DNA of 28,368 bases from a virus (IMGVR_UViG_3300012942_000111:1-28368), one strand, 5' to 3'; shown: positions 8,694 to 16,055, numbered from the stretch's first letter. The notes: generated by a model from the letters alone, not told the origin. Numbers and translations: made by a program.

Positions 8694-8742
8694 GTCGCAT
8701 TATTATACTACACATCAGTTTTTAATCATTAATAAACACAAA

Positions 8743-9138
8743 ATGAAAATTTCAGAAAAAAGCACACAAGCCTTTGCAGCGGCTTGTCAAAAGTTGAAAA
8801 TTGGGACACAACTCCCAAATGTAAGCATGGTAAGACCGGATTTAGGTCTTTATCTGACGGCTCATTACATGCTTGCCGTAATAATTGAAGCGGGTAAGGA
8901 TGGGAAAGAATATGACATTACCAACCATTCAAAACCGAAATGGCAACCTTGGCACGTTGCAGATGACGGATATACTCCTGGTTCTTCCGCTGGCGGTTTC
9001 CGGTTCAGCGTTTCCGTTTACGTCTACGACCTTACGTTCGTCGGCGCCCGCCTTTGTTCGAATAGTGAAGAGGAGTCCGACGAAAACGCCCAGAACTATC
9101 CAGATCTCTGGGAAATCATTACCCTGATCGTCAAATAA
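8743..9138 (+). CDS. DGR target protein 2 (131 aa)
   Basis: Contains VR2 in frame (SSAGGFRFSVSVYVYDLTFVGARLC). Confidence 0.93.
   Translation: MKISEKSTQAFAAACQKLKIGTQLPNVSMVRPDLGLYLTAHYMLAVIIEAGKDGKEYDITNHSKPKWQPWHVADDGYTPGSSAGGFRFSVSVYVYDLTFVGARLCSNSEEESDENAQNYPDLWEIITLIVK
8981..9058 (+). repeat. DGR variable repeat VR2
   Basis: 78-nt ungapped match to TR; 14 mismatches, all at TR adenines. Confidence 0.96.
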
Positions 9139-9148
9139 GATAAAAATA

Positions 9149-9332
9149 GGTTGTGTGCTGTTGGCCTGTAGTTCTTCCGCTGGCAGTTTCCGGTTCAACG
9201 ATTCCGATTACGACAACGACAATACGAACGTCAGCGCCCACCTTAGATGTTTTTGTACAGCACAGACCTTGCCCGCATGGCAGAAAATAACACTTTTTAA
9301 AAGGACGTTGGTAGCGAAAGCGAAAGCGTCCT
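9149..9332 (+). ncRNA. predicted structured DGR template RNA (TR plus flanks)
   Basis: TGTGCTGT (9154-9161) pairs with ACAGCACA (9257-9264) across TR; hairpins TGCC/GGCA (9270-9282) and AGGACG/CGTCCT (9302-9332). Confidence 0.65.
9171..9248 (+). repeat. DGR template repeat TR
   Basis: Intergenic and rich in AAC/AAT/GAC/GAT (19 adenines in 78 nt); about 100 nt upstream of the RT. Confidence 0.96.
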
Positions 9333-9350
9333 GTTAAATCAAAGGCTCAA

Positions 9351-10412
9351 ATGAAACGCGAAAGCAATATATATTATAGGATTTGCAACATGGATAATCT
9401 GTATTTGGCGGATGCCATTGCGCAAAAAGGCAAATCAAAGCAATCCGACGTTATTCGGCATAACCAAAATGCTGAGAGCAACCTATTTATGCTTTATAAC
9501 ACTTTGATGGATAAGAAATATAACACTTCCGAATATTTGACCTTCACGATTCATGAACCAAAAGAACGGGTAATATTCAGATTGCCCTATTTCCCTGATA
9601 GAATTGTTCACCACGCTATTATGAATGTGCTTGAGCCAATCTTCACTAATATGTTTACCGCAGACACTTACAGCTGCATTAAAGGTAAAGGCATCCACGC
9701 CATGTCCAGAGGAATCATTAAGGCCTTAAAAGATGCGCCTAATACCGGGTATTACCTCAAATTGGACATTAAAAAGTTTTACCCATCCGTTGATCACAAA
9801 ATTTTAAAAAGCCTTCTACGTAGAAAATTCAAGGATAATGACCTATTGGATTTACTGGATGGAATAATTGATTCCGCCCCCGGACTTCCAATAGGTAATT
9901 ATTTGAGCCAATATTTTGCAAATTTCTACCTGACATATTTTGACCATTGGTTAAAGGAGGTCAAAGGTGTCCGGTATTATTTCCGCTATGCCGATGACAT
10001 GGTCATTTTCGCATCAAATAAAGCCGATTTACACAGGCTGCGGATTGATATAAGCGAATATCTTTCAAAGGAGTTGCATTTGGCCGTAAAAGGCAATTAT
10101 AAGGTATCGCCATTGGATGACAAGAGCGGCTTAGATGTGTGTGGATATGTTTTCTTCCGTCATTACACTTTAATGCGCAAAAAGAATAAGCAAAATTTTG
10201 CACGGGCTGTGGCAAAAGGCAAACCGATGCAGACGATAAACAGCTATTTGGGTTGGGCAAAGCATTGTAATAGTAAACACCTTACAAAAAAATTAATGAT
10301 TAAATATGAAAGAGTTCAACGAGCTAGGCATTACTCCTCCAGCACTCAAAACGTTTGTGGGAGACAAGATCAGCATAAAACGTGTGCTGAAAAAGAAGAT
10401 AATTATACATGA
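9351..10412 (+). CDS. DGR reverse transcriptase
   Basis: EPKER, FPDRIVHHA, LKLDIKKFYPSV, GLPIGNYLSQ (DGR-type IGxxxSQ) and YFRYADD motifs; no maturase or endonuclease domain. Confidence 0.96.
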   Translation: MKRESNIYYRICNMDNLYLADAIAQKGKSKQSDVIRHNQNAESNLFMLYNTLMDKKYNTSEYLTFTIHEPKERVIFRLPYFPDRIVHHAIMNVLEPIFTNMFTADTYSCIKGKGIHAMSRGIIKALKDAPNTGYYLKLDIKKFYPSVDHKILKSLLRRKFKDNDLLDLLDGIIDSAPGLPIGNYLSQYFANFYLTYFDHWLKEVKGVRYYFRYADDMVIFASNKADLHRLRIDISEYLSKELHLAVKGNYKVSPLDDKSGLDVCGYVFFRHYTLMRKKNKQNFARAVAKGKPMQTINSYLGWAKHCNSKHLTKKLMIKYERVQRARHYSSSTQNVCGRQDQHKTCAEKEDNYT

Positions 10413-10620
10413 TTTCGCAGTTAAGCCTTCAAAGTATGGAGCAAATAAGGACTGCCTTCATTTGCAGATTGAGTTTGAAGAAGAAAGAAGGGTGATGTTT
10501 ATTACAGCGACTTATTTGACTGAGGTACTAAATGTTATCCCCAAATCATCCTTTCCATTTGAAGCAACAATAGTAAACCCTGAAGGGTATTTTAGATTTA
10601 AACAAAAAGAGGAAAAATGA
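10306..10620 (+). CDS. small basic protein, candidate non-Avd DGR accessory factor
   Basis: Overlaps the RT 3' end by 107 nt; beta-strand-like pattern; ATGA-coupled to the next gene. The function is an inference. Confidence 0.6.
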   Translation: MKEFNELGITPPALKTFVGDKISIKRVLKKKIIIHDFAVKPSKYGANKDCLHLQIEFEEERRVMFITATYLTEVLNVIPKSSFPFEATIVNPEGYFRFKQKEEK

Positions 10621-10961
10621 GAAAAGCATACATCGCCGGTAAAATTACCGGATTGCCCCTTAAAACGGCTGAATCCCATTTTCGCGATAAGGAACGCGAA
10701 TTGTCAGCCCGTGGCTTTGAAGTGTTCAACCCATTTGCCGAGGTCAAAAAGCTAAATCTACAGCGCATGTCTCAAGGACTTAAGGAACTAACCGACCAGG
10801 ACAATAGAAAGGAGATAATGCGTTTTTGCATAATCAATATGCTGGACTGTGATGAAGTTCACCTATTGGCGGATTGGGAAGATAGCCGTGGAGCATGGGA
10901 TGAACGGATTATGGCTCATAAATATGGAATTGACGTTGTTTACCCTAAATTGGCAAAATAA
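10617..10961 (+). CDS. DUF4406 / nucleoside deoxyribosyltransferase-like protein
   Basis: KAYIAGKITGL, VFNP, LLADWEDSRGAWDE motifs. Confidence 0.82.
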   Translation: MRKAYIAGKITGLPLKTAESHFRDKERELSARGFEVFNPFAEVKKLNLQRMSQGLKELTDQDNRKEIMRFCIINMLDCDEVHLLADWEDSRGAWDERIMAHKYGIDVVYPKLAK

Positions 10962-11398
10962 TGGAGCAGATTATTTATACTTTGTCATCTACTGGGTTCC
11001 CAGGTGAAGTTGTTTTTAAGTTTGACCAATCCGGTCTTATGGTGGGTTATGATGTAACTGGGGCCAATTTGAATGAGCAGCAAAAAAAGTGGCTCTTAAG
11101 AGATCGGCCTAGGACTTTAAACGAGCTTAAAGAGCTTTTAAAGCAATCCAGAACCGCCCATCTGACCCAGAGAAAGGATTACAAGGAGAATGTCACCTTT
11201 GATGAATTTTGGACAGCATATGATTATAAAGCACTTAGCAGTAAGATTAAGACCAAGAAGATATGGGACAAAATGAAGCAGATTGATCGAGACCGGGCTT
11301 TTAACTTCATAGGCAAGTATGACCGGATGATTTCAAAAGAAGGCATTGCTAAAAAATACGCCACCACCTATTTAAATGACCGGTTATGGGAAAATTAA
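10961..11398 (+). CDS. hypothetical phage protein
   Basis: TAATG-coupled; C-terminal TFDEFWTAY...YATTYLNDRLWE resembles phage replication-protein C-termini. Confidence 0.7.
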   Translation: MEQIIYTLSSTGFPGEVVFKFDQSGLMVGYDVTGANLNEQQKKWLLRDRPRTLNELKELLKQSRTAHLTQRKDYKENVTFDEFWTAYDYKALSSKIKTKKIWDKMKQIDRDRAFNFIGKYDRMISKEGIAKKYATTYLNDRLWEN

Positions 11399-11604
11399 TC
11401 GAAAAAGCATGCAACAAGCATTGCTATATAAGCAAAAAGGATGCTTTGACCAGGTTAAACGAGCTGCGCAGACATAAGGCTAAATTCATTGGCGGTCGCC
11501 TCCAGAAGCGGAAAATTAAACACAGGGCCTGCCGAGCTTATTTTTGCCTCCAGTGTCAAAGCTGGCATTTAACATCAAAAAATAATTACATTTGTGAAAT
11601 CTAA
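11386..11604 (+). CDS. small basic Zn-finger-like protein
   Basis: RAYFCLQCQSWHLTS motif. Confidence 0.65.
   Translation: MGKLIEKACNKHCYISKKDALTRLNELRRHKAKFIGGRLQKRKIKHRACRAYFCLQCQSWHLTSKNNYICEI
11583..11594 (+). promoter_or_regulatory. -7 promoter element TAATTACATTTG (moron 1)
   Basis: TAnnTTTG ending 18 nt before ATG 11613; identical 12-mer at 13551-13562. Confidence 0.6.
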
Positions 11605-11612
11605 AAACTAAA

Positions 11613-12143
11613 ATGATGAAGAGAATACTGGCACTTTTTGTAATTCTGACCCTCGCTGTTGTGGCAGCAAACGCCCAAAAGACAACTTGGCTTATGGGCT
11701 TAAGTAAGGACAGTGCAAAAGTTTTATGCGACAATATTGTAAATAATATGAGAGGGGGATTTAAGTTCAAATATGCGGAGCCTGATACATTGAATAATAG
11801 ACCAGATATATATATATTTTATTATAAATCAGATAGTATCAAAACTGACGCTTCACTTATGACAGTAACTTTTGATGTAAGAAATGAAGGCGGTAATCAA
11901 GCATTAGAAATTCAAGGATCAGATCGATATTATTTAGGGTCTTTTATCGGGAGATATTTGGACGTTTTCCCATTTTGGAAAGAATACGTTGACCCAAATG
12001 CAGATAAGATTGAATTAAGCAACAAAAGCATATCTACTACAAAAAAGATATATTACCCAAATGACCCCAAAAATAATTTTCGACTTGTATATTTAATCCC
12101 AAGCGAGGACAGATCATCGTATGAGATAGAAATTAAATTCTAA
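11613..12143 (+). CDS. exported protein with Sec signal peptide (moron)
   Basis: MMKRILALFVILTLAVVAANA-Q signal peptide; visibly AT-rich; own promoter element and terminator. Confidence 0.8.
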   Translation: MMKRILALFVILTLAVVAANAQKTTWLMGLSKDSAKVLCDNIVNNMRGGFKFKYAEPDTLNNRPDIYIFYYKSDSIKTDASLMTVTFDVRNEGGNQALEIQGSDRYYLGSFIGRYLDVFPFWKEYVDPNADKIELSNKSISTTKKIYYPNDPKNNFRLVYLIPSEDRSSYEIEIKF

Positions 12144-12175
12144 TTATTACACATTCAAATGTGGAAACGTTTATT

Positions 12176-12208
12176 AAGCCATCTGTCATATTGCCGGATG
12201 GCTTTTTT
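12176..12208 (+). terminator. intrinsic terminator
   Basis: AAGCCATCTG...CGGATGGCTT followed by a T-run. Confidence 0.75.
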
Positions 12209-12220
12209 ATTTTTGTGGTA

Positions 12221-12433
12221 ATGGCTTACAATCGCAATAATTACTTAAGGAGCATTAAATATATTGTGGAGGTATATACGTCCGTTAAGCATCATGATGT
12301 ACCCGATACCTTTATTGTGCGGCATGAATTCCCAAAGCACAATATTTTTATCAGTTATCGCAAGTGGATGAATATCAAAAACATGAAACAAAGAGAGGTT
12401 AATCCACGGCAATTGAGCTTGTTCGCAAATTGA
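12221..12433 (+). CDS. candidate late-transcription activator (positional analogue of Mu Mor/C)
   Basis: Last plus-strand gene of the early region; small and basic; ends QLSLFAN. ATG 12221 preferred because the longer ORF crosses the terminator. Confidence 0.5.
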   Translation: MAYNRNNYLRSIKYIVEVYTSVKHHDVPDTFIVRHEFPKHNIFISYRKWMNIKNMKQREVNPRQLSLFAN

Positions 12434-12469
12434 TTTAAATTTTTCTCATATAAGCAGTTAGTTTTGGTT

Positions 12470-12498
12470 AAAGCCGGTGTTTCTACACTGGCTTTTTT
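12470..12498. terminator. terminator between convergent operons
   Basis: AAAGCCGGTGT-TTCT-ACACTGGCTTT plus T-run. Confidence 0.8.
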
Positions 12499-12997
12499 AC
12501 ATTCTGGCCACATTGAGCTTGACCGATGCTGCTGGTGTTCTGTTGGTCACGGTTTGTGCATACCTGTCTTGCCAGTTGCATGTAAAGGTGATAGTGCGCA
12601 TTCTGATACCGTCGTCGCGGATTGCCCGGCCAAATGAAGTTCTGACAAATCCTGAATAATCCACCCCACCACTCCAGCCATGAAGGGCCTTGTATATATC
12701 CTGAATGATGTCGTAAATCCTCATTTCATTAGCTGTTAGGTCAATTGGTGCTTTTCTGCTGACGTTTTGCGTCATGTCGGCCACCGATATGACTATCTGT
12801 AATAATCCCTCCTGGACCAAATTCCCGTCGTTGGTGAATTGGCCACTCATAATATCGACCAGGGCACACGGAAATTTAACCGGTGGTCTGTCTCCGTTCA
12901 CATATAGTGATAACTGGCCCCAGTCCTGTCCAATGTATTTTAAAGCGGGAACTTCGGATTCGAGCCTACCTTCTATGTCGCTGACGATTTTTTTCAT
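12497..12997 (-). CDS. Mu gp37-like tail terminator / neck protein
   Basis: VPALKYIGQDWGQL, PPVKFPCALVD, IYKALHGW; last gene of the head operon. Confidence 0.65.
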   Translation of the reverse strand: MKKIVSDIEGRLESEVPALKYIGQDWGQLSLYVNGDRPPVKFPCALVDIMSGQFTNDGNLVQEGLLQIVISVADMTQNVSRKAPIDLTANEMRIYDIIQDIYKALHGWSGGVDYSGFVRTSFGRAIRDDGIRMRTITFTCNWQDRYAQTVTNRTPAASVKLNVARM

Positions 12998-13548
12998 TAT
13001 TTCTGTTTTAAAGCGTTATATATTTCTTTTTCCAAATCATTGATTTGCTCATCCACTGCCTTTTGTACTATTTGGTGTACTCTGGGATGGTCACCAATAA
13101 ATTGCCGAGCCGGTATCTTTATTTTGGAGCCGACTTTCATTAAAGCCAGATTCTTATAAAATTCTGCCTCTGCTGTAAGGCCCCTGTTTTTAGCGGTGTT
13201 TCTTGTGCTACCGTCCTTTTTCTTGTCCATACCACCAGTAAGCTCATAATACTTGGCCCAGAAGAATTTTTTCATCTTCATTGTTACGGTGATTTCTCCG
13301 CCTGAATTCTGAATATCAGCATATGGTTCGGTAGATTCCCAGTGTATTTCATCTGAATGAACGCTGGGGTTGATACTGCGACGTAATTTGCCGCTCCTGA
13401 TCAGCTGCGACCCTCGTGGATTGTGATGGCCTTCTTTTGGCCATGCTCGGTCAAAAAAGGCCTTTCGTTGAAAATTCCGGTCAAATTCGTCTGTTAATTC
13501 AACTTTCAAGTCAGTTAAAAGACGCTTTAAAAAACTATTATAATCCAT
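12997..13548 (-). CDS. virion morphogenesis protein (Mu gpG / P2 gpS-like)
   Basis: LIRSGKLRRSI, PYADIQNSGG, IPARQFIG motifs. Confidence 0.82.
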   Translation of the reverse strand: MDYNSFLKRLLTDLKVELTDEFDRNFQRKAFFDRAWPKEGHHNPRGSQLIRSGKLRRSINPSVHSDEIHWESTEPYADIQNSGGEITVTMKMKKFFWAKYYELTGGMDKKKDGSTRNTAKNRGLTAEAEFYKNLALMKVGSKIKIPARQFIGDHPRVHQIVQKAVDEQINDLEKEIYNALKQK

Positions 13549-13550
13549 TT

Positions 13551-13562
13551 TAATTACATTTG
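13551..13562 (+). promoter_or_regulatory. -7 promoter element TAATTACATTTG (moron 2)
   Basis: TAnnTTTG ending 17 nt before ATG 13580. Confidence 0.6.
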
Positions 13563-13579
13563 AATCTTAAACTACTTAT

Positions 13580-13855
13580 ATGAATATCGAAAACTATAAT
13601 GTTGACATACAAGAACTTTTTGAATTTATTTTGACAAGAATCGCCTTAACCGATGCAAGAATAACCATATTGAGTGCCCAGGTGTCTGCTTTTTTACAAT
13701 ATCAACATCCCGACTTTGTTGAGAAGACGTCAACGGTTGCTCCAAAGCTTGAAGAAGTTGGCGCCGAACATCTTCGGTTAATGCTTGAAGGGCTTTCTCT
13801 TCAAAGTCAGGAAATGAAAGGGATGATAGTAGCCTTGATGCAGAAATCTCAATAG
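13580..13855 (+). CDS. hypothetical protein, antisense-oriented moron in the head operon
   Basis: Fills the gap between two minus-strand genes without overlap; has its own promoter element. Confidence 0.7.
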   Translation: MNIENYNVDIQELFEFILTRIALTDARITILSAQVSAFLQYQHPDFVEKTSTVAPKLEEVGAEHLRLMLEGLSLQSQEMKGMIVALMQKSQ

Positions 13856-13871
13856 TTTGCTCCATAATCTG

Positions 13872-14786
13872 TTATTTATCTTTTGTGGTTAGGGTTTTAC
13901 GTGCCGCTTCCTTATCTTCATTTCCTTTTGCCGTGTATGGATGGTTCGGCGGGAATATTACCTTTTGTTGTCCAGGGTTATATCTAAATATAGCTGCTGC
14001 ATTATTGTTGTCTTTATCCAGCCTTGTTGTGGCCTCGTCACCCAATTTATTGGCAAATTTGCTATCCGTGATGGTGTATTTGCCAGATTTAACCAGAACG
14101 GCCAGACAGCGGCATCCCCAATCATTTGGAGGATAATATTTTGTCCAAAATTTATCCGTGCGCGGGAGTGTGATATCTGCGAGCTTTTCGTGAGCTGGCC
14201 GAACGTGATCATCGCCAGCCGTCCTATATTGCAGGTCGTAATCACCCTCGGTTTGTTCCTGCTGTAGCCATTTATCGGCCATCTGAGCGGAACCGACTGC
14301 ATAGTTATACTCAGACTCCAGGTATCGTTGGTTATAATTAGAATTGATGTCGGCTATGTCTCGTTTGAACTCCTCAAAAGGCTTGATTGTCCCCTTTGTA
14401 TCTTTAAGTAGCTGAGCGGCTTCCTTCAGGGAAGCATAGGACTTCATTCCAGAAAATATAAAGATGTCGTTTTCAAACGAGTTTCTGATATTGTCAGATA
14501 TAACTGTCTTTATCTCGGACATGCTTTCTTTCAGGACATCAAATGTTGCTTTGATTAGCCCCTTAATGGGCTTCTCGGCCATCATTTTGCCGTCCATTTT
14601 GCCAGCAGCATGAATATGCTTCAAAGCCTTTTCAAAGGCTTTTTCAACCGTTTTAAAGGTCTTTTTATTGGCTGAAAGGTGGGCATGGTCACAACCTCCA
14701 AAATACAGGTTTTGGATGTTGGCATGAAGCCTATCAAATTTTAGCGGGCGAACGCTTGGCTTTCCGTCCGCCCCTACATGAAAAAA
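13872..14786 (-). CDS. MuF / gp30 (SPP1 gp7-like) minor head protein, probably reached by -1 frameshift from portal
   Basis: YRTAGDDHVRPAH, FWTKYYPPNDWGCRC motifs. The frame stays open for 54 codons upstream of the TTG at 14624, up to 14786, with no ATG. Confidence 0.85.
   Translation of the reverse strand, partial: FFHVGADGKPSVRPLKFDRLHANIQNLYFGGCDHAHLSANKKTFKTVEKAFEKALKHIHAAGKMDGKMMAEKPIKGLIKATFDVLKESMSEIKTVISDNIRNSFENDIFIFSGMKSYASLKEAAQLLKDTKGTIKPFEEFKRDIADINSNYNQRYLESEYNYAVGSAQMADKWLQQEQTEGDYDLQYRTAGDDHVRPAHEKLADITLPRTDKFWTKYYPPNDWGCRCLAVLVKSGKYTITDSKFANKLGDEATTRLDKDNNNAAAIFRYNPGQQKVIFPPNHPYTAKGNEDKEAARKTLTTKDK
14742..14786 (-). other. predicted -1 programmed ribosomal frameshift signal (portal to MuF)
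   Basis: T_TTT_TTC (14786-14780), 6-nt spacer, stem GGGCGGACG/CGTTCGCCC (14773-14765 / 14754-14746). Confidence 0.72.
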
Positions 14787-16039
14787 TCAGCAGACAGATT
14801 ATTGTTTTTCTGCTCCTCTTTTTTCTCATCTGGCGGTTGGATGGGACTTTGTCGGTTCCCAATAACTTCAATTCCGAATTTATCTTTAATCCAGTCGTCG
14901 GCGATGTCCTTATAAGGAAGCAGCCCTTTGACAAAGTCAAATAATTGTTTGATGTCCTCAGCTGGGGAAAACTCAAATGTAAGGTCACCTTTCAGAACGC
15001 CAATCTTTTGAAGTGCCGGTATAATGATGGTATTCCAGTCTGACTCCACCGATTCCATATCAGATTGGACTAGCAGCCATAAAACGTCCTGACTACTCTG
15101 GTCTTTGTTAAAACTCCCGTGCTTCGTGTCCTGGCCGATAACAGCCCCAGAAATTAGAAGGCTTATTTGGTTATCACAAAGTCTGATCAGATTGTTGTAC
15201 ACATCGCCGGTGGTGGTCACGCCATCCGCAAATTCGAACTCTTCTGTATCGTCAATGATAAACCAAGCCGCTGCTCCCATGTCGGCCATCATTTTCTCCG
15301 CTCTTCTGAGTGCGCTTGGGTCGGTGGTGTCTGTTTTCATGTACCTTGGTGGGATGCCATAGATTTCGCAGAGCTCAGACCAGCAGGATTGTGCAAATTT
15401 CTTAAATAAAACATGCGGCACGGCCTTGTTTAATAGACCCATCAGATCGTCGCTAAGGAACTCCAGCACCCACGTACCATATTCAGGCAGCATGCGATAC
15501 TCTAATGAACTGGTATCGTCTGTATAATCCCTATAGAATTTGCCAGTTTGCGGCACTATATTGGTGCGCGGTATGTTTTTTGTCCGCAATTTGTCATCTT
15601 CCCACACCAGTTCTACCGCTGAATAGCCCAGGTATTTTTTATCGAGTGCTGCTGTGGTCAGGCCCCGATAATAGGTTGATTTTTTCAGCATTTCCGTTTG
15701 TTCCTCGTCAATTTCGCCATTTGGCTTTTTGAGCGTGAATTCGCAGGTGAATAATTGCTGTTTGCGGTTTTCAATCTGGCTAGTTAATAGCGCATCCAAA
15801 GAGATATCATTTAACAACAGCTGCAAAGGCCATGTTTTTGTATCCTCCGCGCTGTTAAATTGATTGATTGCTCTTTTCCAATTACTGATATCCTGCCGGG
15901 TCATAAAAACACTCTTTTCGACCGTTGGCAGAATTCTCCGCTTTGACCCCTTGGATTCGTTGGAATTGTTGTCGGCCAGTGTCCTTGATGGCGGATTTGC
16001 GCCCTTGATGGCGGATAGAATATTATTGAGGTAACTCAT
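14774..16039 (-). CDS. portal protein (Mu gp29 / DUF935-like)
   Basis: LGYSAVEL, WSELCEIYGIPPR, QISLLISG motifs. Start moved to MSYLNN (16039), just after the gp36 stop. Confidence 0.87.
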   Translation of the reverse strand: MSYLNNILSAIKGANPPSRTLADNNSNESKGSKRRILPTVEKSVFMTRQDISNWKRAINQFNSAEDTKTWPLQLLLNDISLDALLTSQIENRKQQLFTCEFTLKKPNGEIDEEQTEMLKKSTYYRGLTTAALDKKYLGYSAVELVWEDDKLRTKNIPRTNIVPQTGKFYRDYTDDTSSLEYRMLPEYGTWVLEFLSDDLMGLLNKAVPHVLFKKFAQSCWSELCEIYGIPPRYMKTDTTDPSALRRAEKMMADMGAAAWFIIDDTEEFEFADGVTTTGDVYNNLIRLCDNQISLLISGAVIGQDTKHGSFNKDQSSQDVLWLLVQSDMESVESDWNTIIIPALQKIGVLKGDLTFEFSPAEDIKQLFDFVKGLLPYKDIADDWIKDKFGIEVIGNRQSPIQPPDEKKEEQKNNNLSADFFM

Positions 16040-16055
16040 TGTGGTACTATTTGGG

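Noticed and set aside
8542-9248. Three similar repeats as a CRISPR array or simple duplication
   Set aside because: They are 78 nt long, unevenly spaced, two are coding, and mismatches are confined to adenines.
9155-9337. 60-aa ORF spanning the TR
   Set aside because: TRs are naturally stop-free in the VR frame. It has a GTG start inside a predicted RNA stem and is better explained as template RNA.
9351-10412. RT as group II intron, retron or Abi RT
   Set aside because: No maturase/endonuclease domain or retron VTG motif is evident, and the adjacent adenine-specific TR/VR pairs identify a DGR.
10290-10412. Programmed frameshift fusing RT to the downstream ORF
   Set aside because: The downstream ORF has its own ATG with an A/T-rich leader, lies in the +1 frame, and has no clear stimulatory structure.
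13872-14100. MuF polymorphic toxin extension
   Set aside because: The protein ends shortly after the MuF core (FRYNPG...HPY), leaving no room for a toxin domain.
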